Below, piece after piece: positions 9,997 through 19,803 of a DNA stretch of 64,000 bases; the stretch's first letter is position 1, and the number at the start of each line of letters is the position of its first letter. The notes under the pieces were generated by a model. The model worked only from the letters and a program-made list of their open reading frames with translations, searched no databases and was not told where the DNA came from. The stretch lies in contig OY760175.1 in assembly GCA_963663165.1 (NCBI GenBank), forward strand, positions 5,632,001 through 5,696,000. Direction: 5' to 3'. The stretch comes from an uncultured Desulfospira sp. (GTDB taxonomy: Bacteria; Desulfobacterota; Desulfobacteria; Desulfobacterales; Desulfobacteraceae). Both the position numbers and the translations under genes were made by a program.

Positions 9997-12465
9997 TTAC
10001 GGGGCCGCGGCGTTTTCCGGCATCAGGGCCTGGATGCTCCGGACATAGGCAAGGGCCTGGGAGGCTTCCCTTCTGAGGGTGTCATCGGCCATGTCCTGGT
10101 TCAGGATATCCTGGAAAAGCCGGGTAGCCTGTTCCAGTTTGTCCTGTTTCATCAGGGCATAGGCCGCTTTGAGCCGGACCGGGGGCGTGTCGGCAAGGTC
10201 GGCGGCTTTTGAATAGGCCCTGGCACTGTCGTCATATTGGTGCATGAGAAAGGCAATATCCCCTATGGCCTCCCACCGCTGGGGGGTTTGTTCGGCTGAA
10301 ACAGCTGAGCGGGCCGCTTCAAGGGCTTTTTCGTACAGTCTGCCACTTAGATAGACATCCTTGATCTGGTCCCAGTCTTCGGGTTTGGGAGACGGGCCGG
10401 CCAGGGTTTGAAATATCCCGGCCGCCTTATCCGGTACCCCGGCCATCTGGTAATACTGGGCCAGGGCCTTTAGGGCGGCGTTATCATCGGGGTCCAGGCG
10501 GACCGCCACGGCCATGGCGGCCGCTGCCCTGGTATAATCGGCCTGTTCCCTGGCCACCCAGACCGCCAGTGTCCAGGCCTTTTTTTCAAGGGGAAAGGCT
10601 TCCAGCAGCCGGGACAATACCCCGTCGGCCTTCTGGGGCCGTTCCAGTTCCATGTTCAGCCGGACCAGAGACGAAAGCCAGGCATAGTCAGGCCCGGGCT
10701 TCTGGCAGAGAAATTCCAGAACCGGCAGGGCCTTCCGGGGCTGGTCCAAATTGAGCCACAGCAGGGCCCCCCGGTAACAGAGCCCGGAGGCTTCTGTGGA
10801 ATTGGCCAGCCGGGTCCGTTCCATGACGGTCAGGGCTTCCCTGTTTTGCCCGGTCTGGATCAGCCGGTCTGCCAATTCAATTAGCCAGCGCTGCTCTACC
10901 GGGTCCTTTGCCACACTCAGGCGGAGCAGGGCAATGGTTTTGGTCATGATTTTCTGGCTGTCCCCGCACTGGTGCCAGAGCATGGCGGCCCTGAAATAAT
11001 GCTTGCCTTCTTTGGAGATGCCGGCGGCCCGTTCCATGGCCTTAGCCGCATTAAGGGGCTGTTCCAGCAGCAGGTGGGTGTTGGAAAGGGTAATCAGCCA
11101 GACCGCTTTGGGAGAGGGACGGGCGGCCAGATGCTTGAGCAGCGGAAGGGCTTTGCCCGGTTTTTGCGCCTGAAGCCAGAGCTGGGATGCCCTGAAATAA
11201 TGCTCATCCTTTTTACTGATGGTGGCGGCCCGCTCCATGACCGGGGCGGCCTTGTTATAATTTTCTTTCATGACCCAGGCATTGGACAGGGCCACCAGCC
11301 ATTCGGCCTTGGGATGGGGAAGGGTCTCCAGAAATGTCAGCATTTTTAATGCCTTGTCCGGCTGCTTGAGCTGAAGCCGCATGACACCGGCCTGGTAGGC
11401 ATGTTCCGGTTTCCGGCTTAAGGAAAAGGCCGTTTCCATGGCCGGGGCGGCATTGGCATAATTGTCAGACATGGCCCATGCCTGGCTTAAGGCCACGAAC
11501 CAGTCGGCTTCAGGGTCAGGCAGTTTGACCAGTTTAAGCAAATGTTCCCGGGCCCTGGCCGGTTTTTCCAACTGGAGCCAGAGCACACCGGCGGTATAAA
11601 GGTTGGCCGGCGTCGGGTCCTGTGCCACGGCCCGGTCCATGGTCTTGGCCGCATCCAGGGTCCTGTCCAGGGCCAGATAGGTGTTGCACAGCAGCAGCAG
11701 CCAGTCTGTTTTAACGGTTTCTCGCTGGGCCAGGATTTCAAGGAGGGCCAGGGCCTGCCTGGGCTGGTCTGCCTCGGTCCAAAGCCAGGCCGCATGAAAG
11801 TAAAGGTTGGGATCATTGCCGGCCCGGGCCGCTTTTTCCATGGCCTGGGCCGTTTCTTTTTTCTGGTTTAACTCCCCCAGGACATTGGACAGGGCCACCA
11901 GCCAGTCGGATTTGGGGGAAGGCCGTTTTTCCAGGTCCCTGAGAAGGGGCAGGGCGCTTTTCGGGATTTTGGCTTCCATCCAGAACACCGCTGCTTGAAA
12001 GGTCAGATCCGGGTCTTTGGCCATGGCGGCGGCTTTTTCCATGGCGGCGGCCGCCGTCCGGATATCCCCGGCATCGTACAGGGCATTGGCCAGCAACTGC
12101 CGGCCCTGATTAAAACAGGGCGCCAGGTCTATGGCTTTTTTCAGATATGGCACCGCCTCTTTATACGACTTGGCCTGGTACAGAAAATAACCGATGTCAT
12201 AGGCAACATAGGCAAAGGATGGCTTTGGGTGTGCCTTGACAAATGAGATCAGGCTCCGGGCCGCTGCCTTGTACTCTTCCTTGTCTGCCAGGGCTTCAGC
12301 CGTTGTGACCGCCTCATGGAAGTCTGCAGGCAGGGTGGCCTGGATCTGGGGGCAGTCAGGAGAATCTTCAGCCTGCTCTGCCCCGGATACGGAACCAAAG
12401 CACAGGGTCAGCAGTGATATAAAAAGAACAATTATGCGGATAGTCTTCACGTTGGTTTCCTTCAA
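9997..12465 (-). CDS. Periplasmic tetratricopeptide-repeat protein of TonB operon
   Basis: Signal peptide; repeated W-L-x-A-L-S-N / A-M-E-x-A-A helical units; directly downstream of tonB. Confidence 0.88.
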   Translation of the reverse strand: MKETNVKTIRIIVLFISLLTLCFGSVSGAEQAEDSPDCPQIQATLPADFHEAVTTAEALADKEEYKAAARSLISFVKAHPKPSFAYVAYDIGYFLYQAKSYKEAVPYLKKAIDLAPCFNQGRQLLANALYDAGDIRTAAAAMEKAAAMAKDPDLTFQAAVFWMEAKIPKSALPLLRDLEKRPSPKSDWLVALSNVLGELNQKKETAQAMEKAARAGNDPNLYFHAAWLWTEADQPRQALALLEILAQRETVKTDWLLLLCNTYLALDRTLDAAKTMDRAVAQDPTPANLYTAGVLWLQLEKPARAREHLLKLVKLPDPEADWFVALSQAWAMSDNYANAAPAMETAFSLSRKPEHAYQAGVMRLQLKQPDKALKMLTFLETLPHPKAEWLVALSNAWVMKENYNKAAPVMERAATISKKDEHYFRASQLWLQAQKPGKALPLLKHLAARPSPKAVWLITLSNTHLLLEQPLNAAKAMERAAGISKEGKHYFRAAMLWHQCGDSQKIMTKTIALLRLSVAKDPVEQRWLIELADRLIQTGQNREALTVMERTRLANSTEASGLCYRGALLWLNLDQPRKALPVLEFLCQKPGPDYAWLSSLVRLNMELERPQKADGVLSRLLEAFPLEKKAWTLAVWVAREQADYTRAAAAMAVAVRLDPDDNAALKALAQYYQMAGVPDKAAGIFQTLAGPSPKPEDWDQIKDVYLSGRLYEKALEAARSAVSAEQTPQRWEAIGDIAFLMHQYDDSARAYSKAADLADTPPVRLKAAYALMKQDKLEQATRLFQDILNQDMADDTLRREASQALAYVRSIQALMPENAAAP

Positions 12466-12468
12466 GCA

Positions 12469-13260
12469 CTAATCTAATTTGAAGCGGATTTTGGTCTTCA
12501 GCCAAGCCTCCACAGCTTTCCCGTCTTTTCGGCCCGGTTTAAACCGCCATTTGCCCAGGGTTTTGATCACGGTATCGTCAAACACCCCGGGAGGCTCTGA
12601 CCCGGTGATGGTCAATTCTTTTACCGCTCCGGACCGGTCCACCAGGAATTTTACCGCGACAACCCCTTCGATGCCCCGGCGTTTGGCCCGGTAAGGGTAA
12701 ACTGGCTCAATCTGGGAAATCCGTTCCGGCTGCCGGTCCAGTTCATCGGAATTAAAGCGAATCCTTGGCGGTGCCAGTCGGGCAGGCGCCTTGGGCCGGG
12801 CCAGTTTGCCCGGCATAAGGGAACGGGCAAAATCCCGCTTAAATCCGGCCGGTCTGGCACGGACCGGGACCCCTTTGACCGACAGCGAGGAAAGGGTCGG
12901 GGTTTCAAATCCCAACGGCTGTGGGGCCATGTCCATGGGTTCCGGCGCCACCTGGTCGGGGGGCGGGGGCTCTGCCAGGTCCGGCGGCGGGATGTCCGGC
13001 AGCTCCGGTTCCGGGATGTCAATTTCAGGTTCCGGTTCCGGCGGCGGGGGTGGTTCCTTTTCTATGGGCGGTTCCATAAACGGCTCAGGGGCCTGGGCAA
13101 TCAGCCGGACCTGCCGGGCCAGAAAATCCCGGTGTCTGGCTGATGTGTGGTGCATGAGCAAGGGCAGAAGGGCCAGAACCGTCATGCCCAGAAAAGTGCC
13201 CAGCACCAGCAGAATGCCCCGGCGAAAGGGATGGGGTCTGATGGAAAGCACGGTATCCAT
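12469..13260 (-). CDS. tonB: Energy transducer TonB
   Basis: N-terminal TM, Pro/Glu-rich linker, C-terminal YPYRAKRRGIEG...WRFKPG. Confidence 0.92.
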   Translation of the reverse strand: MDTVLSIRPHPFRRGILLVLGTFLGMTVLALLPLLMHHTSARHRDFLARQVRLIAQAPEPFMEPPIEKEPPPPPEPEPEIDIPEPELPDIPPPDLAEPPPPDQVAPEPMDMAPQPLGFETPTLSSLSVKGVPVRARPAGFKRDFARSLMPGKLARPKAPARLAPPRIRFNSDELDRQPERISQIEPVYPYRAKRRGIEGVVAVKFLVDRSGAVKELTITGSEPPGVFDDTVIKTLGKWRFKPGRKDGKAVEAWLKTKIRFKLD

Positions 13261-13261
13261 G

Positions 13262-13699
13262 TTATTTCCCCGGCCGGGTGGCCGAGACCGCCACGTCTTT
13301 GGCACCGGCCAGGCGGCACTGATCCAGGACCGCCACCGTCCGGGCCGTGGGGCAGCCCCCGTCGGCATCAATGATCACCCCACCGTCGGGGTTTTCTGTT
13401 AAAAAGACCTCCACAAGGCCCCGTACCCGCCGCAGGTCGGTTTCCTGATTGTCGATATAAACCTTTCCCTCTTCAGTGACCCCGACCACCAGACCGATGG
13501 CCTCCTTGGACTGGGCCGTGGCCGCCTCGGGCCGGTTCACGGTAATGCCGGATTCCCGGACAAAGCTTGCCGTGACCAGGAAAAAGATGAGCAGAATAAA
13601 GATCATGTCGATCAGGGGCATCATGTTGATTTCCACATCATCGTTGGCAAGGGGATCGTCTAAACCGGTTCGGCTGCTTATTCGGTGCATTTTTGCCAC
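13262..13699 (-). CDS. exbD: Biopolymer transporter ExbD
   Basis: INMMPLIDMIFILLIFFLVT motif. Confidence 0.93.
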   Translation of the reverse strand: MAKMHRISSRTGLDDPLANDDVEINMMPLIDMIFILLIFFLVTASFVRESGITVNRPEAATAQSKEAIGLVVGVTEEGKVYIDNQETDLRRVRGLVEVFLTENPDGGVIIDADGGCPTARTVAVLDQCRLAGAKDVAVSATRPGK

Positions 13700-14322
13700 T
13701 CCTTTTCAAGCCATTGCGATACGGCCTGGTGAAAAATCAGGATCTCCCGGTGGATGGCCTGGACCCGGCGGCGCATGACCTGGCCTGCCAGCAGGCCGGG
13801 GATGGCCACCAAAAGTCCGGCCTGGGTGGTAATCATGGCTTCTTTGATGCCCGAGGCCATGGCCTGGGCATTGCCCATGCCGAACAGTCCGATGACCCTG
13901 AAGGTCTCCACCATGCCGGTGACGGTCCCTAAAAGGCCTAACAGCGGGGCCGCCGCCGCCAGGACCATGATGGTGGGAATGTACCGGTAAAGGCTTCGGG
14001 TCTGCCGGCGGACCGCCACCTCAAAGAACAGACGGTCCGGCTCTCCGGTCACGGTTTTGGATTCTTTAAAGTGCATGTCCATGAAAAAGGCCAGTATTCC
14101 GGCCCTTGGGCAGCCGGTATCCGGCAGGATCTCTTTCTTTGATTCTAAAAATTCAAGGGCATCGGCCACCTTAAGGGTGTGGCGGCGAACCTGAAAGATC
14201 CAGTCGGCTTTAAGGACAATGAGAATCCACATCCAGACGGAAACCACCACAATGGGCAGCATAACCGGCCCGCCGGTTTCCACAATTTCCCAAATCCATA
14301 TTAATGTATTCATATCACTCAC
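13678..14322 (-). CDS. exbB: MotA/TolQ/ExbB proton channel protein
   Basis: APLLGLLGTVTGM...GIKEAMITTQAGL. Confidence 0.9.
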   Translation of the reverse strand: MSDMNTLIWIWEIVETGGPVMLPIVVVSVWMWILIVLKADWIFQVRRHTLKVADALEFLESKKEILPDTGCPRAGILAFFMDMHFKESKTVTGEPDRLFFEVAVRRQTRSLYRYIPTIMVLAAAAPLLGLLGTVTGMVETFRVIGLFGMGNAQAMASGIKEAMITTQAGLLVAIPGLLAGQVMRRRVQAIHREILIFHQAVSQWLEKEWQKCTE

Positions 14323-15770
14323 CCCTTATGGCCTGAACCGTTGGCCGCATGTTTGAGCAGCGCCGCCATAAGGGCCAGCCCCTTCTCTTCCATGTCCTGG
14401 GCCAGGGAATGGGCCCGCCGGCCCAGAAAGGCCGCCACCATCATCACGGGAATGGCCACGACAAGTCCTACCTGGGTGGTCACCATGGCCTCGCTGATGC
14501 CCCCGGCCATGAGCCGGGGATCCCCGGTGCCGTGGGTGGTGATGACCTGAAAGGTATTGATCATGCCGGTGACGGTCCCCAAAAGACCTAGAAGGGGTGC
14601 CACGGCCGCTGAGACCTTCAGGGCGGTAAGGAACCGCTCCAGCCTCGGGGTTTCTTTGAGAATGGCTTCGGACAGCCCGTTCTCAATGACCGTGCCGGCC
14701 TGGTCTTTTAATGCCAGCCCGGCCATGAGGACCCGGCCCGTGGGCCGGTTTTTATGGGGCAGGGTGGTGTTCAGAGCCCCTTTGAAATCTCCCTGGGCCA
14801 CCAGATCCGTGACCCGGGTCATGAGGGCGTCGGTGTTGTGGCGGACCCGGCCAAGGAATACCAGCCGTTCCAGGGTCAGGATCAGGGCCACGGCACCCAC
14901 CAGAAGGATGGGGATTACCAGGATGCCGCCGCTTTTGAGCTGCTCAACCTGGCTGACCTGCCGGGACAATTGCTGCACGGCAATGCCGCCGGAAATATCA
15001 ATGGGCACGGTTTGGCTTTCGTTTGACACAAACCGGTCCAGGGCCCGCTTGATCAAAAACGGCGGGGCCGCGCTCATCACCAGCCGGACCGAGGCCGGGG
15101 ACAGGGTCAGGTAGCCGGTTTCATCCTTTGTCTGGTAAAGGGCGGCCAGATGCCCTAACCGGGTGATATCGGCCTGAACGGTTTCACCGCTTCGGTCCAG
15201 CACCGGGCCTGTGTATTGATGCTGAGTTTTGGATGCGGCCATATCTTTGAAACAAAATTCAAAAAGGGTTTTAAGTTCGGCCATGCCCATTTGGGCACCC
15301 GGGGCCAGAAAGGATTTCAAGGTGGCCAGATGTTCCGGGTGTTCGGCACTGGCCGGGCTTTTTTCCGCCCTTCCCAAAAGGTTTCTGGCCGTATCCCGTA
15401 TGATGGCGTCCAGTTCCTCTTTCCTGGAAATCCGGTCAGAGATCTCTTTTGTCAAGGCATCCCGTTCACCGGATAACGCCTTTAATTTTGCATTGCCAAG
15501 GGCTACTTCCTGGCGGGCTCCGGTAAGCCCGGCTTCCAGGGTCCGGATTTCTTCGGCCAGCCGTGCCCGCTCATTTTTAATATCCTGAGCAGTGATTTTC
15601 CGATTTTCCAGGGAATGGGCATGGTCAGCATTTATTTCTCTGGCCACGCTTTGAAGGTCATTGGCCGGAAGGGCCCGGGCAGGCCCTGCCATAAGGCACG
15701 GAAGCATCAGCCCGGCAGCAAGTATACCAAAGGTTGCGGCCTTAATTGAGTTCACCACGGTCTCCTCCAT
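14319..15770 (-). CDS. Long ExbB-family protein with periplasmic coiled coil (TtpC-like)
   Basis: Signal peptide, coiled coil and C-terminal APLLGLLGTVTGMI...GISEAMVTT. Confidence 0.88.
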   Translation of the reverse strand: MEETVVNSIKAATFGILAAGLMLPCLMAGPARALPANDLQSVAREINADHAHSLENRKITAQDIKNERARLAEEIRTLEAGLTGARQEVALGNAKLKALSGERDALTKEISDRISRKEELDAIIRDTARNLLGRAEKSPASAEHPEHLATLKSFLAPGAQMGMAELKTLFEFCFKDMAASKTQHQYTGPVLDRSGETVQADITRLGHLAALYQTKDETGYLTLSPASVRLVMSAAPPFLIKRALDRFVSNESQTVPIDISGGIAVQQLSRQVSQVEQLKSGGILVIPILLVGAVALILTLERLVFLGRVRHNTDALMTRVTDLVAQGDFKGALNTTLPHKNRPTGRVLMAGLALKDQAGTVIENGLSEAILKETPRLERFLTALKVSAAVAPLLGLLGTVTGMINTFQVITTHGTGDPRLMAGGISEAMVTTQVGLVVAIPVMMVAAFLGRRAHSLAQDMEEKGLALMAALLKHAANGSGHKG

Positions 15771-16590
15771 TTATCGGTTCGTGTCCTGCCAGGCTGTCGC
15801 CTTCTGGGAGGGGTTCATCCATTTTGGCCTCGGGCAGGTCCAGGGGCAGGTTGCTTAACCCGATAAGGCGGATGCCCTCGGCCATTTCAACGGCGTTGGA
15901 AAGATCTTTGGCCGACCCTTCCAGCGTGGTAAACTGGTTTGTTGACCGGTCCCAGACAAATCCGTTCCGGCCGTCAAGGGTGACGGCAAACAGGCCGATG
16001 CGGCCCACCCGCAGCAGTTTGACCTGCCTGGACTGTCCGTCTGCCGTGATTTCCTGCTCCTCAACGCCTACGGTATACCCAAGGTCCACCTCGCGGCTCA
16101 TTAAATCAAACATGGTCCGCGCTTTTGAAAGAAGACCCATGTCATAGTCATCCAGCACGGTCCGGGTCCGGGAAATGGCCTCCTTGCGCCGTTCCTGGTT
16201 TGCCGGTATGTCGGACATCACCAGGCGGTTCACCTGATCCAGGGTGGCATCCAGTACGGGTAACAATTCGAGTTCCACTTTTTTAATTTCAGCGGCCCGC
16301 TGGTTCAGGCCGGCAATTTTTTCCTCCAGTGTCTTGATAAACACAATGTTCTTTTCCTGCTGCCATTGGGCTTGTTTCAACTGGGATGACAAGGTTTCGA
16401 TCCGGTCCAGCATATCCTGTTTTTCCTGGGCCCAGTCTTCCACTAAATTCTGGGTACCCACGTCAATGCCGACGGTTTTTTCTGCGGTTTCTTTGACCCG
16501 GGTGGCTGAAGCGGTATGGGCTGAGACCCCTCCCGGCCAGGTTGAAACCAGCAATATCACAATACTGAGTATGGTTATACAGGTACGCAC
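15742..16590 (-). CDS. DUF3450-like periplasmic protein (TtpB-like)
   Basis: Signal peptide, coiled coil, LRVGRIGL motif; first gene of the operon with an AGGAGG RBS. Confidence 0.8.
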   Translation of the reverse strand: MRTCITILSIVILLVSTWPGGVSAHTASATRVKETAEKTVGIDVGTQNLVEDWAQEKQDMLDRIETLSSQLKQAQWQQEKNIVFIKTLEEKIAGLNQRAAEIKKVELELLPVLDATLDQVNRLVMSDIPANQERRKEAISRTRTVLDDYDMGLLSKARTMFDLMSREVDLGYTVGVEEQEITADGQSRQVKLLRVGRIGLFAVTLDGRNGFVWDRSTNQFTTLEGSAKDLSNAVEMAEGIRLIGLSNLPLDLPEAKMDEPLPEGDSLAGHEPINGGDRGELN

Positions 16591-16683
16591 AAGACAAATC
16601 CTCCTGGGTTATGGTCTTTATTCGTTATGGGCCGGCCTTAGCGTTGATTATCAAGTCCGCCCGTGGCTGTTTGGGAAAAAGGC

Positions 16684-16733
16684 AAAAAAAGCCGGGAAAT
16701 TCCCATCCGCATCAATGGAAACCTTCCTGGCTT
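16684..16733 (-). terminator. Terminator-like hairpin inside the TonB operon leader
   Basis: Minus strand reads aagccaggaaggtttccat-loop-atgggaatttcccggc followed by U7. Confidence 0.65.
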
Positions 16734-16828
16734 CGAATTCGAGGTATGATATTTGTGGGGAGTTATCCCCGGTGATAAGGATTGAGTTTAACCCTTAAGG
16801 CCGCTTCTGCGGTGATTAATGCCTGCTA

Positions 16829-16856
16829 CTTATAATAAATCAAAAGCAAAAGTCAA
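16829..16856 (-). promoter_or_regulatory. Putative sigma-70 promoter of the TonB operon
   Basis: Minus strand TTGACT-N16-TATAAG. Confidence 0.5.
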
Positions 16857-17131
16857 GCCTGATTCGGCGGGAATGCAACTATGTACGACCACAGCCAAAC
16901 CATATGTCCCTTACGGGTAAAGATAATATCGCAAAAATATAAATGATCCTCCCCCACACAATATCCACAATACTTTTGTTATTGAATATTGTTTTGAAAT
17001 TGACTTGGACAACCGATCAGACTATCAATGCTCAGTCAATTTTATGTTCTATTAAATTGATTTCCGTTCTATCAAAGCGGACACAATATACAGTGGCTGA
17101 ATACTGTTACAGAAATACAATATTCTGAGCC

Positions 17132-19528
17132 CTATTTACCAAGTTCCATATGACGTTTGGCTTCTAATATTCTATCACAAATTTTTTCTAGTTCTTCTCT
17201 TGAAACTTTTTGAGGAAGACACCATTCTGCAGAAATATCAAGTCGGCTTTGTCCAATTTCACCTTTTGCTTTGCGAAATGGGGCAGTATTTAATACGGAG
17301 ACTGCTTTGTCTTTTGCTTTCCCTAAATATTTGCTAACATTCCTTTGTTCGCCTTCTGATCGGACTTTTGAAATTTTGATTTTAACGAATAAATAATTTT
17401 CATCATTGCTAAAACTGAGGACGATATGTTTTGTCGGATCAAGGGGTTGTATGGAAACCTTTCTATCATAATCCTCAATCTGAATTTCTCCATCCCTTTC
17501 TAATATAACAGCCATCTCTTGAAGTATTAATGGATTAGTATTAGATACACTATCTGAAAACGTCATGTCGTAAGCAGCGCGGAAGGCTTCTACAGCAGAA
17601 GCTAAGGAGATTCTATCATCCTGTTTATCATATGTACAACTTGCTATTATTTCTGAAAGATAATGTGGAAGACAACGCCATTTGCAATTAAATTTATTTC
17701 TAATCATTCTAGTTGTCGTTTTTTTGTAGTCGCTAAAATTTTGTTCGTTTGGCCGAGGGTCGTTACCACACAAAATGAAGAATCCCAACATGCCATATCC
17801 AAATACATCGACAGCAGTATGCCTTGTACTTACCCCCTCTTTTAGTCCAGTGGCGGTTTGTTCCGGAGCTGCATATCCCTGAGCTCGCGCTCCATGAACA
17901 ACAGACCAATCTGATGCTCCTTTATGCCACGACAAATCGAAGTCAAGCACGACGACATCGATAGGATCTTCTGGGCCAAAAACATTCCGTAATATAACAT
18001 TATCAGGTTTTAGATCACGGTGAAGGACCCTTTCTTCCAAATTATGTGCCTTATGAACCACCGAGCCAATTTGAACAAGGATATCTAAGCAGATGGTTAA
18101 GTCTTTAAAAATCCCCCAATCTTTGGCTTGAGATAACGTGGGACCATCAATTATTTCCATGATGATACAAGCAGGAACTTCATAGGCATCTATTATTTTT
18201 ACCATCTTGCCAACATTTCTCTGGCTGAGTATTCTCATAGAACGGACACCTCTCCGGAAACTATTCAAATAATCTGAGTTATTCCTCACTTCTGGTAATA
18301 ACAATTTAATTGCAACCCGCTCTCCTGACACTATATTTTGTGCTTCATACACTTGACCAAAGGAACCTCGTCCTTTTGAAATCAAAGTTTTATAACCATG
18401 GAGCGTGTCTAATTCTGTTTCCGGTTCGACAAGCCATGCCATATGGATTGCCCTTAAATGTTCAGTATAAAATGTTTTAACTTTTTCGATATCTTCTTTT
18501 TTGGGGGTAGAGTCTGGAGGAATTAATTTGGCGATTGATTCGTTTAGTAGCCTTCTCGCCTCATCAACAGGCATCTTAATCAACTCTTCATCAGTTGGAA
18601 GCTCTTCATCAAAACTATGGATTTCTTTATCATAGACAGATGATGGAATATCGTCAGAGGGATAAAATGAAAGAATATCTTCTAAGCTTTCTTTTATTTC
18701 AGGATGAGTTTTTTCGTCACTAGGCTTATACGGAATAACAGCAAATCCCATATCACCATACTTTCTTACCAATCCAAAATTCGATTTTGGAAATAAAATA
18801 TAGTGTTTTGAGCCTAATTCGCTTCTTTCTGTCAACGCATCTTGAAGAAGGTAGGTGAAAGCAAAATCATCGGGATTGAATCCCATTATTAATAAATTTT
18901 TCGTATGACACAATGATCGCATAAACTGTTTATATGTTTCATTGCTCAGAAGATTCGTCCTTTCTTGATTGGTAAAAATCCAGGTTGAAGGATCTGATAT
19001 AATGCCATGGGGGTAGAAAACAAATTTTTGTGGCCCTGATAAAAATTGAGTGAATCTTGAGTTCTCTTTAGATGTAGAATAATCTACAGCGCGTTGGAAT
19101 GTTTTGGCGTAAGAATCAATTGAACACGTGTCCAAGTTAAAGGTTAGTATCCCTTTTATCTTAAGCTGCCAAAGAAGATTGTAAACTTCAGGAATTTTAT
19201 TGTGTTCTTCTAACGTCAGATGTTTTTTAATACAACTTTCATAAGCTTGTCTTGGTAAGATATGTTTGAGTTCGGAAAACGCGGTCCATAAATCATTCTC
19301 AGCGCCAACTGTTTGTAATTTTGTTTTATATCCATCTCTTTCAGATTCATCTATTCCTGAGATTCTATCCAAGGCATCTTTTACTAATCTTTCACGCAGC
19401 CCATTCCAAGTTGGCAAGTCAGCAACTCGAGAAATACCAGCCCCTACGATTGCAACGAAATCCATCGGATTTTCACGGATTCTTGAACGTAAATCAACAT
19501 AATCGGGATGGTTTTTATCAATACCCAT
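17132..19528 (-). CDS. SIR2-like domain / Ser-Thr protein kinase fusion, putative defence protein
   Basis: N-terminus has VGAGIS, TFNLD, PHG and MGFNPDD (SIR2_2-type motifs). Centre has GRGSFGQVY, VAIK, HRDLKPDN, DFD, APE and DVFGYG kinase motifs. Visibly AT-rich compared with the flanks. Confidence 0.88.
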   Translation of the reverse strand: MGIDKNHPDYVDLRSRIRENPMDFVAIVGAGISRVADLPTWNGLRERLVKDALDRISGIDESERDGYKTKLQTVGAENDLWTAFSELKHILPRQAYESCIKKHLTLEEHNKIPEVYNLLWQLKIKGILTFNLDTCSIDSYAKTFQRAVDYSTSKENSRFTQFLSGPQKFVFYPHGIISDPSTWIFTNQERTNLLSNETYKQFMRSLCHTKNLLIMGFNPDDFAFTYLLQDALTERSELGSKHYILFPKSNFGLVRKYGDMGFAVIPYKPSDEKTHPEIKESLEDILSFYPSDDIPSSVYDKEIHSFDEELPTDEELIKMPVDEARRLLNESIAKLIPPDSTPKKEDIEKVKTFYTEHLRAIHMAWLVEPETELDTLHGYKTLISKGRGSFGQVYEAQNIVSGERVAIKLLLPEVRNNSDYLNSFRRGVRSMRILSQRNVGKMVKIIDAYEVPACIIMEIIDGPTLSQAKDWGIFKDLTICLDILVQIGSVVHKAHNLEERVLHRDLKPDNVILRNVFGPEDPIDVVVLDFDLSWHKGASDWSVVHGARAQGYAAPEQTATGLKEGVSTRHTAVDVFGYGMLGFFILCGNDPRPNEQNFSDYKKTTTRMIRNKFNCKWRCLPHYLSEIIASCTYDKQDDRISLASAVEAFRAAYDMTFSDSVSNTNPLILQEMAVILERDGEIQIEDYDRKVSIQPLDPTKHIVLSFSNDENYLFVKIKISKVRSEGEQRNVSKYLGKAKDKAVSVLNTAPFRKAKGEIGQSRLDISAEWCLPQKVSREELEKICDRILEAKRHMELGK

Positions 19529-19710
19529 GGATTTATTCCTTTAAAAAATAACAAGTACTGAACGAGCCCGGTTATCATATTTGGTTTAATATCTAAACTA
19601 TCATGAAGAAATGATTGATAACTGGAGCGGCAATAGCCTTTATATCTGCTGAATTCGATATTAGCTTTATCAACATTTTGAAACTGTGTAAATAGAGAGT
19701 CCCAATTTGA

Positions 19711-19803
19711 ATCCAGATACCATATCTTGTGGTCCGGTTCAAATCTCGAGATTACATTTTATATATTATAGAGGTTATTGAGGTGAACAAGCATGAGTAC
19801 TGA
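19711..19803 (+). pseudogene. 3' remnant of a RelE/HigB-like toxin gene
   Basis: Startless frame ending YIIEVIEVNKHEY*, whose stop overlaps the antitoxin start (ATGAGTACTGA). Confidence 0.5.

Noticed and set aside
16720..16735. GAAGCCAGGA resembling the cobalamin B12 box
   Set aside because: The upstream AGGGAA/GGTG..AATCC/ACTGT core is absent; the motif is simply the terminator's 5' arm.
19529..19575. Possible integron attC/attI remnant before the SIR2-kinase gene (ttcagtacttgttat on the minus strand)
   Set aside because: No proper GTTRRRY, no matching RYYYAAC stem after the stop codon and no integrase.
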